From Lingula anatina (Eukaryota; Animalia; Brachiopoda), in assembly GCA_051362555.1 (NCBI GenBank), contig CM120640.1, positions 13,888,001 through 13,952,000 of the forward strand: a DNA stretch of 64,000 nucleotides. The letters run 5' to 3'. The notes under the pieces are model-generated. The model searched no databases. It saw nothing but the letters and a program-made list of their open reading frames with translations, and was not told where the DNA came from. The translations under genes were made by a program, and so were the position numbers. Positions 38,901-51,897 of this stretch are shown in pieces (position 1 is the first letter of the stretch; the number at the start of each line of letters is the position of its first letter).

Positions 38901-39227
38901 TTGCAGTTATTTTTCAACTTCAGAAACTGAATGTCAACTTAGTGCAAAAAAGTGCGCAGAAGAATTGTTCATTTCAGCTGTAGGTTAGCTACTTTCCTTT
39001 TCCGTTTGTCCAGAATATATCCCTCTATCAGACATAAATGTGTTCGATTTAATGTCCTCAAATACATCTCCCATAGTCAGAAAAGTCGTCGAATTGTGTT
39101 GGATAGTACTTCACTGCTTATAACCTCTGAATGGATTACTTTGATATCCCTGATTTAACAATTTTATAGTTATAAAATATGTTTAAAGCTACTCACCTCC
39201 ATATTTAACTCTCACAAAGGACTGCAT
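35998..39227 (-). CDS. C22orf15/CXorf65-family uncharacterised protein, ~171 aa
   Basis: 5 exons with all introns in phase 1: 39227-39197, 38554-38468, 37303-37187, 36991-36917, 36203-35998. Protein MQSFVRVKYGDNKEALFNPWCTIICLLDSIRKICKC...IDLVDMQG...EYACDSLQTREIYVLIKIE...YTPLLQNL plus a basic tail matches the family pattern as I recall it. Confidence 0.85.
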
Positions 39228-40837
39228 TGCACGGCTTCGAGCTGACAGCGGTGGCGCGGAAACGGCAGATCTGCTGTTTTGACTGTGACTGTCACGGTGG
39301 CCGTGACTGTGTCTACCGCTCGACATATTTCTCAGCAATTCGATTTTTCCGAGCTCATATAAACTCCATTTCGATCGGAATCATTCATTCCTAATTGACC
39401 TCCCGGTTAGTGATGAAAGGCGAAGGCTGCCTAACTCCCTGCACCTCTTTGCTCCTATTCGTGTCTACCAAGGCCGGGCAAAGTCTACCGGCGCTGTTCG
39501 TGTGGTGATATATGTGTGTCAGCGTTGACGTTGATCAAGAAAATGACAGGGTTTAATCGGGAAGTCACATATCCAGACAAGAGAACGAAAAATCAAGGGT
39601 GTCGATTCTGGTACAGTTCAGAAAGAATGGTTGCCATCATAACAGTTTCAACTTTGAGATCGGGTAACCACATTCCCTCAAGCTCTATGTGCCCCCAGCA
39701 GCGTTCATTCAAGCTCGCGGTATTGTGTTATAAGAAATAACACTTAACAAATGGGTTAGAAACCGATGAAATGACTCGGTTGATTTGTAAACAAGAATAA
39801 CATGCTTGTGTTAATATTTGTAAGAGATAAAAGAAGCAAATCGAAATGCTACATTGACCTATGCGCACTCCGTATCTGTTTATGAATAAATACCGAGCAA
39901 GTTATCATTAGTTATGTGTTTAATGACTTGTACTAAGCCGTGTGACTAAGAGTAACACATTTACGTAGATATGACGTTTAGGGACATTATTTTCTTTCGA
40001 TTGTCGGTGAAAAGGCGCATTGTTCATTCTACATTTTGATACAAAACAATTAGGCATTTCTGTTCAAATCTTCCACTAAACTGATTTACAATGTTATAAT
40101 TAAGCATACACTGTAGTCCTCAAAAGATCAACTGGGTTTAAAAAATGCCATTATGTGTATTTTCGATGGTTTTCTTTTCGTCCTGTTTTTCACCGCTCCT
40201 CAATGTATAGGCCTAATCCATTTTTTAGCTAGTAGAAATAACGAACATCACTGTATATGATCTTATAGAAATAGTGTCAGCACTGTTATGAAAAACCCCT
40301 TGGTATTATATATCAATGTCAATAAATAGGTTTCTAAACTATACAGGATTTAATTTTCCTCGATTTCCTCCTACGCACTAGTCAATGATCGACGCGCCCC
40401 TGTACCGTACTCTTTATTTTATTATTTTTTTTTGCGCCAATAAAAATTAAATAACTTAGTTAATAACTACGCACGATTCATTTAGCCGTCATATATTTTC
40501 CTGACATTTCGTAATTTTGGCACATAGTTCAGGTAAACTTTTATTTGAAGGGTTTATCATTTTAATTGCCTGGATTAAGAAAGATGAGAAATTTTGCAGG
40601 ATAGGCCTACTCATACATAAGAATAATTCTTTTTGGACGTTTTCAAACGTGTGAAGTACGCCGTTAAACAGAGTATCAGTGTCCACAAAGCCAATAATAT
40701 TGAAACTTTAGCATATTATTTATACATGTTTATCATTTGATATATTATAACATGCAGTTTTTATAACTTATACTGACAATACAATATAATATGTCTTGTT
40801 TTATAATCAAATATCTGAATTATAAAGTTTTGATCTT

Positions 40838-40884
<47 letters not shown>

Positions 40885-41174
40885 TAAAACATGCCCAGTC
40901 ACAATTTTTATCATGAGGTAGCTTATCATGTGGCTTTGAAGCAAAACGGAAACAGCTCTTTTCAGTTGTTTTGGCAACAAAAACGTTTTCACTCTTGCTC
41001 CAGCTCCGGCGGTGCAGACAGACTAGGGTGTTGAGGATATGGACACTGCGATTTGTACATAAAAATGGAAAATGATGAAAATTGAGATATGAAACTTCAT
41101 TTGTCACAATATGCAATGCCACACGTTGCGCTTAGAAAGAAAACACTGGTCAGGTATAAAACAGTGACATTAAA

Positions 41175-41216
<42 letters not shown>

Positions 41217-41491
41217 CAATCGAACAAGGATTGGACGAAGATTTTTGATATAAATTTTAAAAACCAATTGACAATTTTAGAGTTGAAAAAAATCACTCTA
41301 GAGAAAAAAAACAATTCAAGTGCTCATAATTCTGATGACTTTTGTTCGGTCGCCAAACAGTACGCCAAAACAGTGATGAGTTAATAGGATAAATGTAGTT
41401 AAAACTACTAATGTGGCTCATCTTGAATTGAAACGTCTACTCGTTTTATCGATGCCAGTGGTGATTGTTAGTACTGTGCAGCAGGATCAGG

Positions 41492-43430
41492 ATGAATGCA
41501 CCGCCAAGATTTGAGACATTTCTCTTGTTTGAGGGAGAAAAAAAGTACGTATGATGAGAATGTTATGCATGAAAATAAATGGTAGAAGATAGGTATCTTA
41601 TGGTATTTGTTTAGTGGAACATACTAGCTTGATTAAAAGGTAAATATACTAACTGATAAACAATGGGTTCGACAAACCGGCGTATCGTGTTGAAATATTA
41701 TTTTGAGTTGGATTTGATGAATGTAATACCACTAGCAGCTTATAAAGAAACTTTATTCACACTGAATTATGCTGATTTTGTTGGCCATAGTTTTAATCTA
41801 CCCGAATCGCACATTTGAAGATGTATAGTTAAATGTCGATAGTCCTTCATCCTCGACACTAGACAGAGGGCAGTAGATTAACAATCCAATGTAATTATGG
41901 AGCTTGAACGTTGTCTTACTTAAATGATTTAGGATTTAAACAAAGAAACGTTATTTTGAAAAAGAAATTATTTCAAAATTAACATACGTTAACGTAACAG
42001 GATTTCACTTATACAGCCCATGTTGAAATATTTTCCACCATTGGATGCGTTCTGGCTGTCATTTGAATTGGGAAATGCAGAAAGTCCATTGGTGCTAAGC
42101 TTTATTTGTAAGTGCCAAGTAATTTATCTTTGCTATGCAATTAATTCCAGGATTATCATAGAAAAAGACACTAAAGTTCCAAATGCAGCTCTCTTCACTG
42201 TGATGAAAGAGGACCACACTTTAGGAAACATGCTCACAACGTAAGTGAAAAAAAAAAAATGATTTGAAAATACAGTGTTTGTGTTATTAACAATTATAAT
42301 ACAATATGTAAGAGGTTTTTACATATATTAACACGTTTAAAAATTTTATTTGATGGACATTGAAATATAATAATCATTTCATTAATATTTAATAAATGGC
42401 CATCACCTGTGTCTATATCCATGTCACAGGGGTTGGAGGGTGACCCTTGTACATTTTTGTTACTAAAAACTGACCTGTTTTAAATAAAATGTGTACAGAA
42501 AATATATATATATAAGTGCACATCATTTCTCATATCAATTTACAACCTCCTGCCTATTCCTATCATGTTCAGTCTCTTTTTTTTTTTATTTACTGACCAT
42601 TTATTTTGTAAAATCAAGGGTCAACTCAAGAAAAAATTCTGTATTTATTCACCCAAGCAGTTCATTTAATTAATAACCACTAGGTGTAGGTGAGCCTGAC
42701 ATGAGTGTTTTTATTTTAGGCAACTCCTAAAAGACCCACAAGTCCTGTTTGCAGGCTACAAGATTCCTCATCCATTAGAACACAAGTTTGTGCTCAGGAT
42801 CCAGACAACACCAGACTACAGTCCTCAGGAAGCATACACAAATGCCATCACAGATCTCATCAGTGAAGTCTCCTTGCTAGAGGAAAGGTTTAAGGTACCC
42901 TTCCTTCTTAGTTTGAATTCTTCTTTACCAGTTTCTGATAGAGGTCCTAATAATGATTTTTATTAAGGATATTCTTTATAAAAAATTCATTAATAGGATC
43001 TCTTTTCTGGTGGTACATATTTATGATAGAAATGTTTTCAAAAAGACAAGCATAAAGCCTTCAAAATCATGTTATACATGTTTTATAGATCAGAGAGGCA
43101 ATGAGAATAATCAAGTCATTTGAGAATAATTAAGAAATAAAGTAGATTCTTTGTAACTGGACGCTTTATATTTCAGATCATTGTGTATATATACATCTCA
43201 AATTTTAAAAAAAGAATTATCGTCTTTTGTATTAGCTTAGTATTGCTTAAACATTGTTCAACTTTACTAACTAGAAAAGATATTACAATCTCAAACTGTC
43301 CGAGTTATGCAGTCTACTGCATGTACAAAGTTGATTAGAAAAGATTTTCAGTGGTTTAAATCATTGTCAATAATACATATATATTTTGTTGTTTAAGGAT
43401 GCAGTTAGAGAAAAGCAGGAAGGAGAATAA
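41492..43430 (+). CDS. POLR2J: DNA-directed RNA polymerase II subunit RPB11, 116 aa
   Basis: Exons 41492-41544, 42151-42240, 42720-42894, 43398-43430. Protein [18 protein letters not shown]...KEDHTLGN...[21 protein letters not shown]...[17 protein letters not shown]. Confidence 0.97.
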
Positions 43431-44525
43431 TCTTATCTCACTTAACTGGTAAATTTCATCATCATCAGTCATCTGGACACAATCATCATCAAAGCACTCA
43501 TCACACAATCCATTATCCACATCTTGAGGAACTAGGCTGGACTTGAGGAAGCATTTCACTTCTCACCCATTTGTGATGACTGTGTCATATATCAAATTGA
43601 GTTCAGCATAAGGGAAAAGCTGTAAGCAGGATTGTGTTTTTTTTCTAGCAGTTCATCCTGTGGGATATTAACCATACTTGTGGTTTGGTGGTTATGATAC
43701 GTCAATCTGGAGTGTGCGGAATATGGAGCGGTACCAGAATTTTTTTCAAAGTTATTTTTTTTCTCAAGTATAATGAGATTGAATCATGGTTTATATAGAT
43801 TTCCTTGATACCCTGTAGTGAGCAGTTTAAAGTAAGTTCTGTATTAACTCATGCCCAGTGAGCTCTTTTAAATAAATTATTATTTCTGTATGTACTCTAT
43901 ATTAGAATTTTGTACAGAAATTGTACATCAAATGGACAGATTTAAGTCGTCAGGCCGACACCCCAATGTTTGTAAAATGAAAGTAGTCTTTTTATTTTTT
44001 CATCTTAATTCAATGGGATTAAAATAAGTTTTAAATTTGTTTTATTAGCAACAAAATGTTTGTAATGTTTCCTTTGTTGGTAATTGACAATCTTCAGAGG
44101 CATTGAACTGACATTCCATAGCTTTTGGAAACATACCACCTATAATAGGGTTTGCAGGATCATAAATGAAACTGGCAATGTAAAACAGTACTTCACATTT
44201 AAATTATATTTATTAATTTAAATGGGTATAATAAAGATGTAAAACACCATAATCCATTACCATTTAAACATATTTCTGTATTTGTACAATTCAAACTATT
44301 CTGTCATCACATCATTTGGCCAGACAGTTAAAGAATATGAGCATCTTAACTTTGGGTCAACAGTTCTTATTTAAGTTTCTACTTATTGACTACATAAACA
44401 CTCATGCAATTGTCTTCAAGGGGACTCATTTCTGAGGTAAGAGAATTCCAGTTAATCTTTCCTTTGTCACTTGCCACAAGACTGAATAATACAGAACTCC
44501 ATTCATTGGATTATTTCCAAATCTG

Positions 44526-44878
44526 TTACATCAAAAATGGGTTCCCTTCTTCTGGCACTACATTTTCCATTATTGCTTCTAGCCACGTTTTCCCATTAAT
44601 CAGTTTGGTTGTAGCTATTATGTAATCAGCAGGCCCTAAAATGAGATGTTCCACATTAGCTGATAAGAAATAAATGTTGGTCAATTTTCTCTCGTCTTCG
44701 TAATTCAAATTTCAAAACTTCACAATCAGGAAGGAGCAATTCTCTTTAATGTACCACCAGCAAAGTCCAGCATAATAGTGGGATAATACCTATATCAATG
44801 TCTCTCTCAATTACTGTGACATAATACATCAAAGTGGAAAAGTTTTGCCTATGTTGCCTTGTGGTGGCCACATCACTG

Positions 44879-44946
<68 letters not shown>

Positions 44947-45392
44947 GCTGAATATTAATGAAACCATTGGTTTCTAATGAAAAGCTGTGATGAAGTTTGT
45001 ATCTGGTTGATACAGCAGTTCCAGATCACATCCAATGTATTGCCACACTTATGCTGGTGGTACAAATACAAGTTCAATTGTCTTTGACAATTTATAAATT
45101 AAAAAAAATTCACTAATAATTTTCCTAGAAGTTAACATCTATCTAGGCTAAGTATCACTTTCAAAGCAATACATCTTACCATCTTCCTGCTGTGATAAGA
45201 AACGCAGAGCAGCAATCTCTGCATATGTCACGCCTCCCAGGAAGAATATGAGCACCACTTTCTGATCCATTGTGTTGGAATGTGTTGATGTTATAGAGGC
45301 TTCTAGAAATAGAACGTATAAGTTCTCATAAAGCAATAAATGTTTGGAAACTTTCAATAATAAACCTTTCAACAACAACAACAAAAAATAAA

Positions 45393-45423
<31 letters not shown>

Positions 45424-48400
45424 TAAAAAAATGCATAACACTGACAATTAATAAGTTGAGAACTCTAATTTGATGTCTAATCTTTTGGCAGACACTAGTT
45501 TTAACCTCTGTTAACTTGGGATTTGTGGTTTGTAGTAACTACAATACTGTACTTTATCCAAAAATAGTGGAACTGACTGATAATTATTAAATCTTACTTC
45601 TTTTTCTCAGTCCAACAGGAATCTGTTGTATTTCTTCAAAAGTTGATCCAGGAAGCATCTGAAGCACCTCCGTTATGCTGCGCCAACCTGGGCGAGTTAA
45701 GATCTGAGCCAGGCGCACACTCAGGGGGGCATACCCACTGAACACGTAGGCAATATCATTGGGGTTCTGGATATAATGAAATAAAGATATTAAGCTGTGA
45801 AAAAGCTATTGATAAGGGCATTTTTACAATCCTGGGCACTTTTCAGATTTTCCCACATATTGCTAATTAACAAATTACACACATATGATCAAAGGATTCT
45901 TTTATCACTATGTTAGAGAATGGTGTAAGTGAAGATAAACACTGAAATTAGAAACCAAATATCACCACCGAGTCCAAAGTTATGCTAAAGCAAAGCCCGA
46001 AAAATGACCAAAAAATTTTCCCGTTTTAGTCATATGAAATAAAAAGCAATCTGAAATAAATTAAAACAGTGTTTGAAATTGCATTTTTTTGGATTATGAA
46101 ACATGTATTAGTATGGTGGAAGCAAAAAAGTTTAAATATTAACAGGAGAGAGGTGTATCCTAGAAAAAAATGTCTTTTATTGGCATGCTGGTATTTCCGT
46201 TAAACGAAATGTCCATTCCGAAACAAAAATAAATTACTTTCAGAAAATATATCATAAAACATATAGTATAACTAGAGGATCAGAGAGGCGATACCGCCTC
46301 CAAATATTGTACCACCAGCTGGAGCAAGAGCATTCGTATAGACCCCCACATATACAAAATAAGGAACACAGCCACCAGTCTTGTGCTTGACAAGCTGTAA
46401 AAATGCAATCAACAAGAATTTTCAAAATATGCAAAAAATATATATATTACTAAAAATGGTACAATCAAAGTTAAGTTCATCGTAAGGTAGGTCAAAGGTC
46501 AATTCCAAGGTCACAGTAAATTGCCAGTATATGACTTCCTATTCAACTTCAATAGTAACTATGGGCCTATCTCTGCCAGGTTTGGAGTTAAAAGAGAAAG
46601 AAATTAGCAGAGTTCAGTTCATGATAATAAGTAGGTCAAAGGTCAATTTCAAGGTCACACTTAGATTGCCAGTATATGACTTCCTATTCACGTTCAATAG
46701 TAACTATGGACCTATCTCTGCCAGTTTTGGAGATAAAGGGGAAGCAAAATATGCAAAGTTCAGTTCATGGTGAAAAGTAGGTCAAAGGTCAATTTTAAGG
46801 TCACTTTTAGATTGCCAGTATATGTCTTCCTATTCAACTTCAATAGAGACTATGGACCTATCTCTGCCAGTTTTGGAGATAAAAGGGAATCAAATTTTGC
46901 AAAGTTCAGTTCATGGTGAAAAGTAGGTCAAAGGTCAATTTTAAGGTCACATGTAGATTGCCAGTATATGACTTCCTATTCAACTTCAATAGAGACTATG
47001 GACCTATCTCTGCCAGTTTTGGAGATAAAAGGGAAGCAAAATTTGCAAAGTTCAGTTCATGGTGAAAAGTAGGTCAAAGGTCAATTTTAAGGTCACATTT
47101 AGATTGCCAGTATATGTCTTCCTATTCAACTTCAATAGTAACTATGGACCTATCTCTGCCAGTTTTGGAGATATAAGGGACTAAATGTTATAATTTTGGA
47201 GTTACCATAATGTGCCATAAATTTCCTACAGAAAAAATTAATTAAAATAAAGAAAAGGTCATTTTGGTCAAAATTCTTGAAATGGGAGGTGCTCTGAAGT
47301 TCCAGATGTTCAAATTTGATGAAATAATGTCATTTTTGACCACAAGTTGTCTGCTTTGCCAAGCCTTATGTTTTATTTTTCCGGAGTTCAAAATTTATTA
47401 TCCATTACCGTACTGCACATTTTGCTTTCACCACCAATATGTACTTTTTGATACAGCGTAACTCGAAAACCGTATGGAATACAAAAAAACGGAGACCACA
47501 TACAGTGTTGGGCTTTACATGCTCTACAAAATGCAAAAAAGAATGGGTGTCTGGCATTAACGGTTCCCGATTTAGAGACAGTTTTCAGTTTCGATATCTT
47601 ATGGCCGCTAATTCCGTGAAAATGCACCGATTGACCCCAAATTCACGGAGATGAAAGATGACCTGAAGGGTAACACTTTCCATTAATATTATTAGTTAAG
47701 TCTGTGTGGTGTCTGAATAAGACCGCAAATAATTTTTTTTTCAGCAAAAATTTTGTTTTTTTGAAAATTTTGGCCCATTTGACCTTGAAATAAAGGTCAA
47801 AGGTCAAATCCAAGGGCATATTTGAAATCTACACATATGACTTTTGGAAAGCTGTCTGTAGAAATTTTTCCCATAATTCCTTCCGTAGGGGAGATAATTA
47901 GCATTTAATTTTGCCATTTTTGGACAAGGGTGCATTGCAATGAGTGCCACACCTAGACCCCAATACCGACAAAGCCCAAATTTTACGTGGAACGAGTTGA
48001 GATTATAGGTGACCTAAATCCAAGAGATGGGTATGGAGGCCATTACCGTCTAGGAGGAGAAGCGGTAACGGTGACTTGGCGGCGGAGCCGCAGGAGCCGC
48101 AGGAGCCGGCGGAGCCGCAGGAGCCGGCGGAACATACGGGTCGGGACTAAAACCATGTGTACCGCCAGCGCCTACGCTGGTGGTACAATTAACCATCCTA
48201 ATCATTATTTGGATGTATTGGTATTGTTTGTATCAAATAATGAAATCTGCACGATGATTCTTGAGCTTGACATGGAGTGCAAAATAACCCTACCGTGTTT
48301 TTCCGTTAAATTTGTCCATTCCGAAACATTGGGTTTTTCTCACATAAAAAGAACATGTTGACACCTAGCCTGTAACAATATATATTTCTCTAAAGCCCAG

Positions 48401-49148
48401 GATATGTGATATTTATTTTTATATAAGCAAACCCCAGTGCACAGAAACCCATTTTACTGTGGCCTTTTTTGAGATGCTTGTTAAAAATTGTCCATTCCGA
48501 AACAAAGTACCTTTACATTGCCAATGTTATAAATAGAGAAAATTCTGTCTTTAATGCTGTATGTTTCACTTGACATGAGCAAATTACTGTTAGAGCATCA
48601 TGTATATGACATAAAATAATAGAAAAACATTTCTTCAATGGCATCTTTTTAAATTTCTATATATCCTCAACAAAAAAATTCATTTTTGCGAGTCAGCATC
48701 TTTTCTTTGGATCTACTAGAACTTCCATTACATATTTTCCCAAAGTTCGTGTATTTCATTGTTAAATTAACAATTGATTGTAGAGATTATATCAGTATAA
48801 ATAGAAATATAGGCAATTTGGATGCTTTGTATCGGAAAAGACATTTTTTAACACATTGTCTAAAACACTTGTTTACTCTTTGGTCTGCTCATCTATTTAT
48901 TATTCATGAGGAAAAGATTGATGGGAAGCACATCAAATTTATGTAGAATATGATTATGAATAATATAGCTTACCCTTCTTTAAATATTGCTTACTTAAGA
49001 TGTACATAAAAGTACTCAAAATAGTTATGAGGCTACACATGTTAAAGTTGCGAGAGTCAGATCACTGGCACGGTTTACAGAGGCGCTTGCAGGCAGACAC
49101 AGGTTATAATTAACTTCCTGAGAGTATTTATAACATATACATACATCA

Positions 49149-49228
<80 letters not shown>

Positions 49229-51842
49229 TTTAAGCAATTTCGTAAATGTTAAATAAATGTCCATTCCGAAACACAGGACATGCCTAAAAGGACATATTTA
49301 AAAATGTAATTACTAAATTCAAACCTGACCTTGTCAAATAATATTTTATACAGCTATGAGCTGTAACAAAAGGAAGTAGAATAGGGTATAATGGAGTGTA
49401 GAAGACTCTATTTTATGTCATGATCAAATACTAATGGAGTAACATTTCAAAAAAGAATCAAAAACTATCCAAAATGGCCAAATAATGTAATAAAAACAGT
49501 TTTAATCTAGTTTACTCATATTTTGTCCAATGATTGCTTCACCTGTACCTTGTAAACCAACATACTATGAGATCTTAAGGCAATTTCATAAACGTTAAAT
49601 AAATGTCCATTCCGAAACAGGGATGTTTCGGAAAGGACATTAATTTTAACATGACACTGCAATTAGCACACATGTCCGTGCAAAATAATATTTTACACAA
49701 TCATGAAGCATAACATAAAGAACTGATGCAAGGTAATGTGAAGTACAGAAGTCCTAAGAATATCTCAGAATAAAAAACTTCATGTAGTCACATGTAATAC
49801 TGAAGCAGGAAAATTACAAAATATCACTGATTCGTCAAATTTTGGATATTTTCATCCATTTTTTTTGCAAATACATAAAAGAGCAATACTCTCTGAGTAA
49901 AACTAAGTGGTTTTTTGAAGATCAATACCTTAAATTGCCATAAAAGTCACACACTTCAAGGTTTAGCTTATGAAAATCAAAAAAATGATTTTCAAAATTC
50001 AAATAATCATATCTTTATACATACACAAGGTTTTATCTCGGGATTGTCATTTCTTATACCCTTCAGGTCTATACTTTCAAGAAAAGTACAAATTTCAACA
50101 CAATAATGACTTCTATTTTTGACCCTTGGTGGGAAAAAAAGGAGCCCAGGATTGTAAAAATGCCCACAACTAGAGAAACAGAAAGGTATCAATTTCTCCT
50201 GGCTATTTAGCTAGCTGAGTTGAGCACATTAAAGGAAAATGAAAAGGATGATATGTAAAAAGTTCGTTTTCAGTTTTGGCAAATGATGACTGACACCTGT
50301 GAAAATATACGTATAAATAAATTACCCCAAACTCAAGAAATACTATGGCGACTTCCAAATATAAAATACAGAAATGGAGAGGAGATATCACCTATTGGAT
50401 ACCACCAGCTACAGGCTTAGTATAAAGATGGATGAAAAATCAACGATTGGTCTCTAGCCATTACAATAACAACTGCAACACGTGATAATTCATTCCTTGG
50501 CATACTGAGAAATCTATTGCTGCACTTGTCATGACATTAGAACAGATAATCTAAGTCTGTTAAAATAATGCACTTTGTGAGAATATTCTCTTTTCTTCTA
50601 CAGCAATGAATACAGTTTTATCTACAGACAGTAACCTACTTGTTCATTTACTTCATCTACAACCAATCGAAGACTTTTCTTAATAACGGGATATGTCCGC
50701 TGCCCCTGCTGTCTGAGTAATCCTGCTTTTTCCAGGTTGTTCAACGTAAGGATGTGCTGGTAACCATAAGTCTTGGAAAAATGAGCATAACACTGTCATA
50801 TCATATTGGTTCACTGATATCATAACATTTCTCTCTTAGCATAATTAATAAGATAAGAAAATTAATCAGCATTCAAATGTTTAAGCAGTGTTTATACAAA
50901 GTCTTTACTGAATGAAAATTTACAATGAAATGTACAACTTAACCACATACATTAACTTTCATTAAACTGAAAGCATGCCATATTGCTGTACCTGTATTAT
51001 TTCTCTTTTATAATATTCAAGGACTTTTGGTTTGAATCCATTGTTACAGTAGCATTGCACACACATCAGACGCAGAACCTGCAATAACATGGCAAACAAA
51101 AGTTTTAAAAAAATGCTGCCACACCCAATTGTAGAAGTTGAAAACTGAGGCAAGTGTTCATGGTAATATCTTATTGGACATGAAGTATCAAAATAGACAA
51201 GTTTTAAAATCTTTTTCTGGACTCATAATTTAGTCTTACTGATACCATTGCATCTCCTTCCCAATGTGCAGATTATGTAACAGACTGTGAACAATTTAAA
51301 TAGAGACCCAGCATCCCCAATAAGACTAAACTTTACATCCAGTAACATGTCCGGTAACAGGTCCCAAAAAATTCTGTAAAATGGGACTAGATGGCTAATC
51401 TACACAGTATTGTCAAACTACATCTTTAGCTCAAAGTTTGCACCATGCACAATTAAGAGCATGTTCACCATAATAAAATGCTGATTAGACATGGCAATCT
51501 GCTAGGAATAGAACCACATAATTTTCATTTACACAGGCCCATAATTTCAGTGCAGTCATACAGTGCAAAACTAACATTGGGCTCTTATTTACCTTAATCA
51601 ATGGTTCCTCCTTGGCTATACAATCATCAATATACGGATGAGCTTTATCTGTTTCTAACCCATTGACAAAATCTGCAAAAGAAACACTGGAGAAATGGCA
51701 ACTGAATGATTTCTTAATTTGATTTGTTTTGAAATTCCATATTAATGTGGAGAAAAAGGCATTAAAATTGTTTGAAGCAGTAAAAGAAACAGTGAGGGTC
51801 ATGGGGAAGATAATTCTTACATTTACCATATTTTACCCTCAA

Positions 51843-51897
<55 letters not shown>

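Noticed and set aside
43356-43559. Acidic Cys-containing antisense ORF over the POLR2J 3' end
   Set aside because: Non-ATG start, low-complexity (CAT)n origin and no splice support.
47987-48361. 124-aa ORF with an RRS repeat (protamine-like)
   Set aside because: It is the translation of the HINE 9-bp microsatellite and crosses the element boundary.
46210-49640. Recurring TGTCCATTCCGAAAC as a CRISPR repeat
   Set aside because: Irregular spacing of hundreds of bp, both orientations, and enclosed by transposon TIRs.
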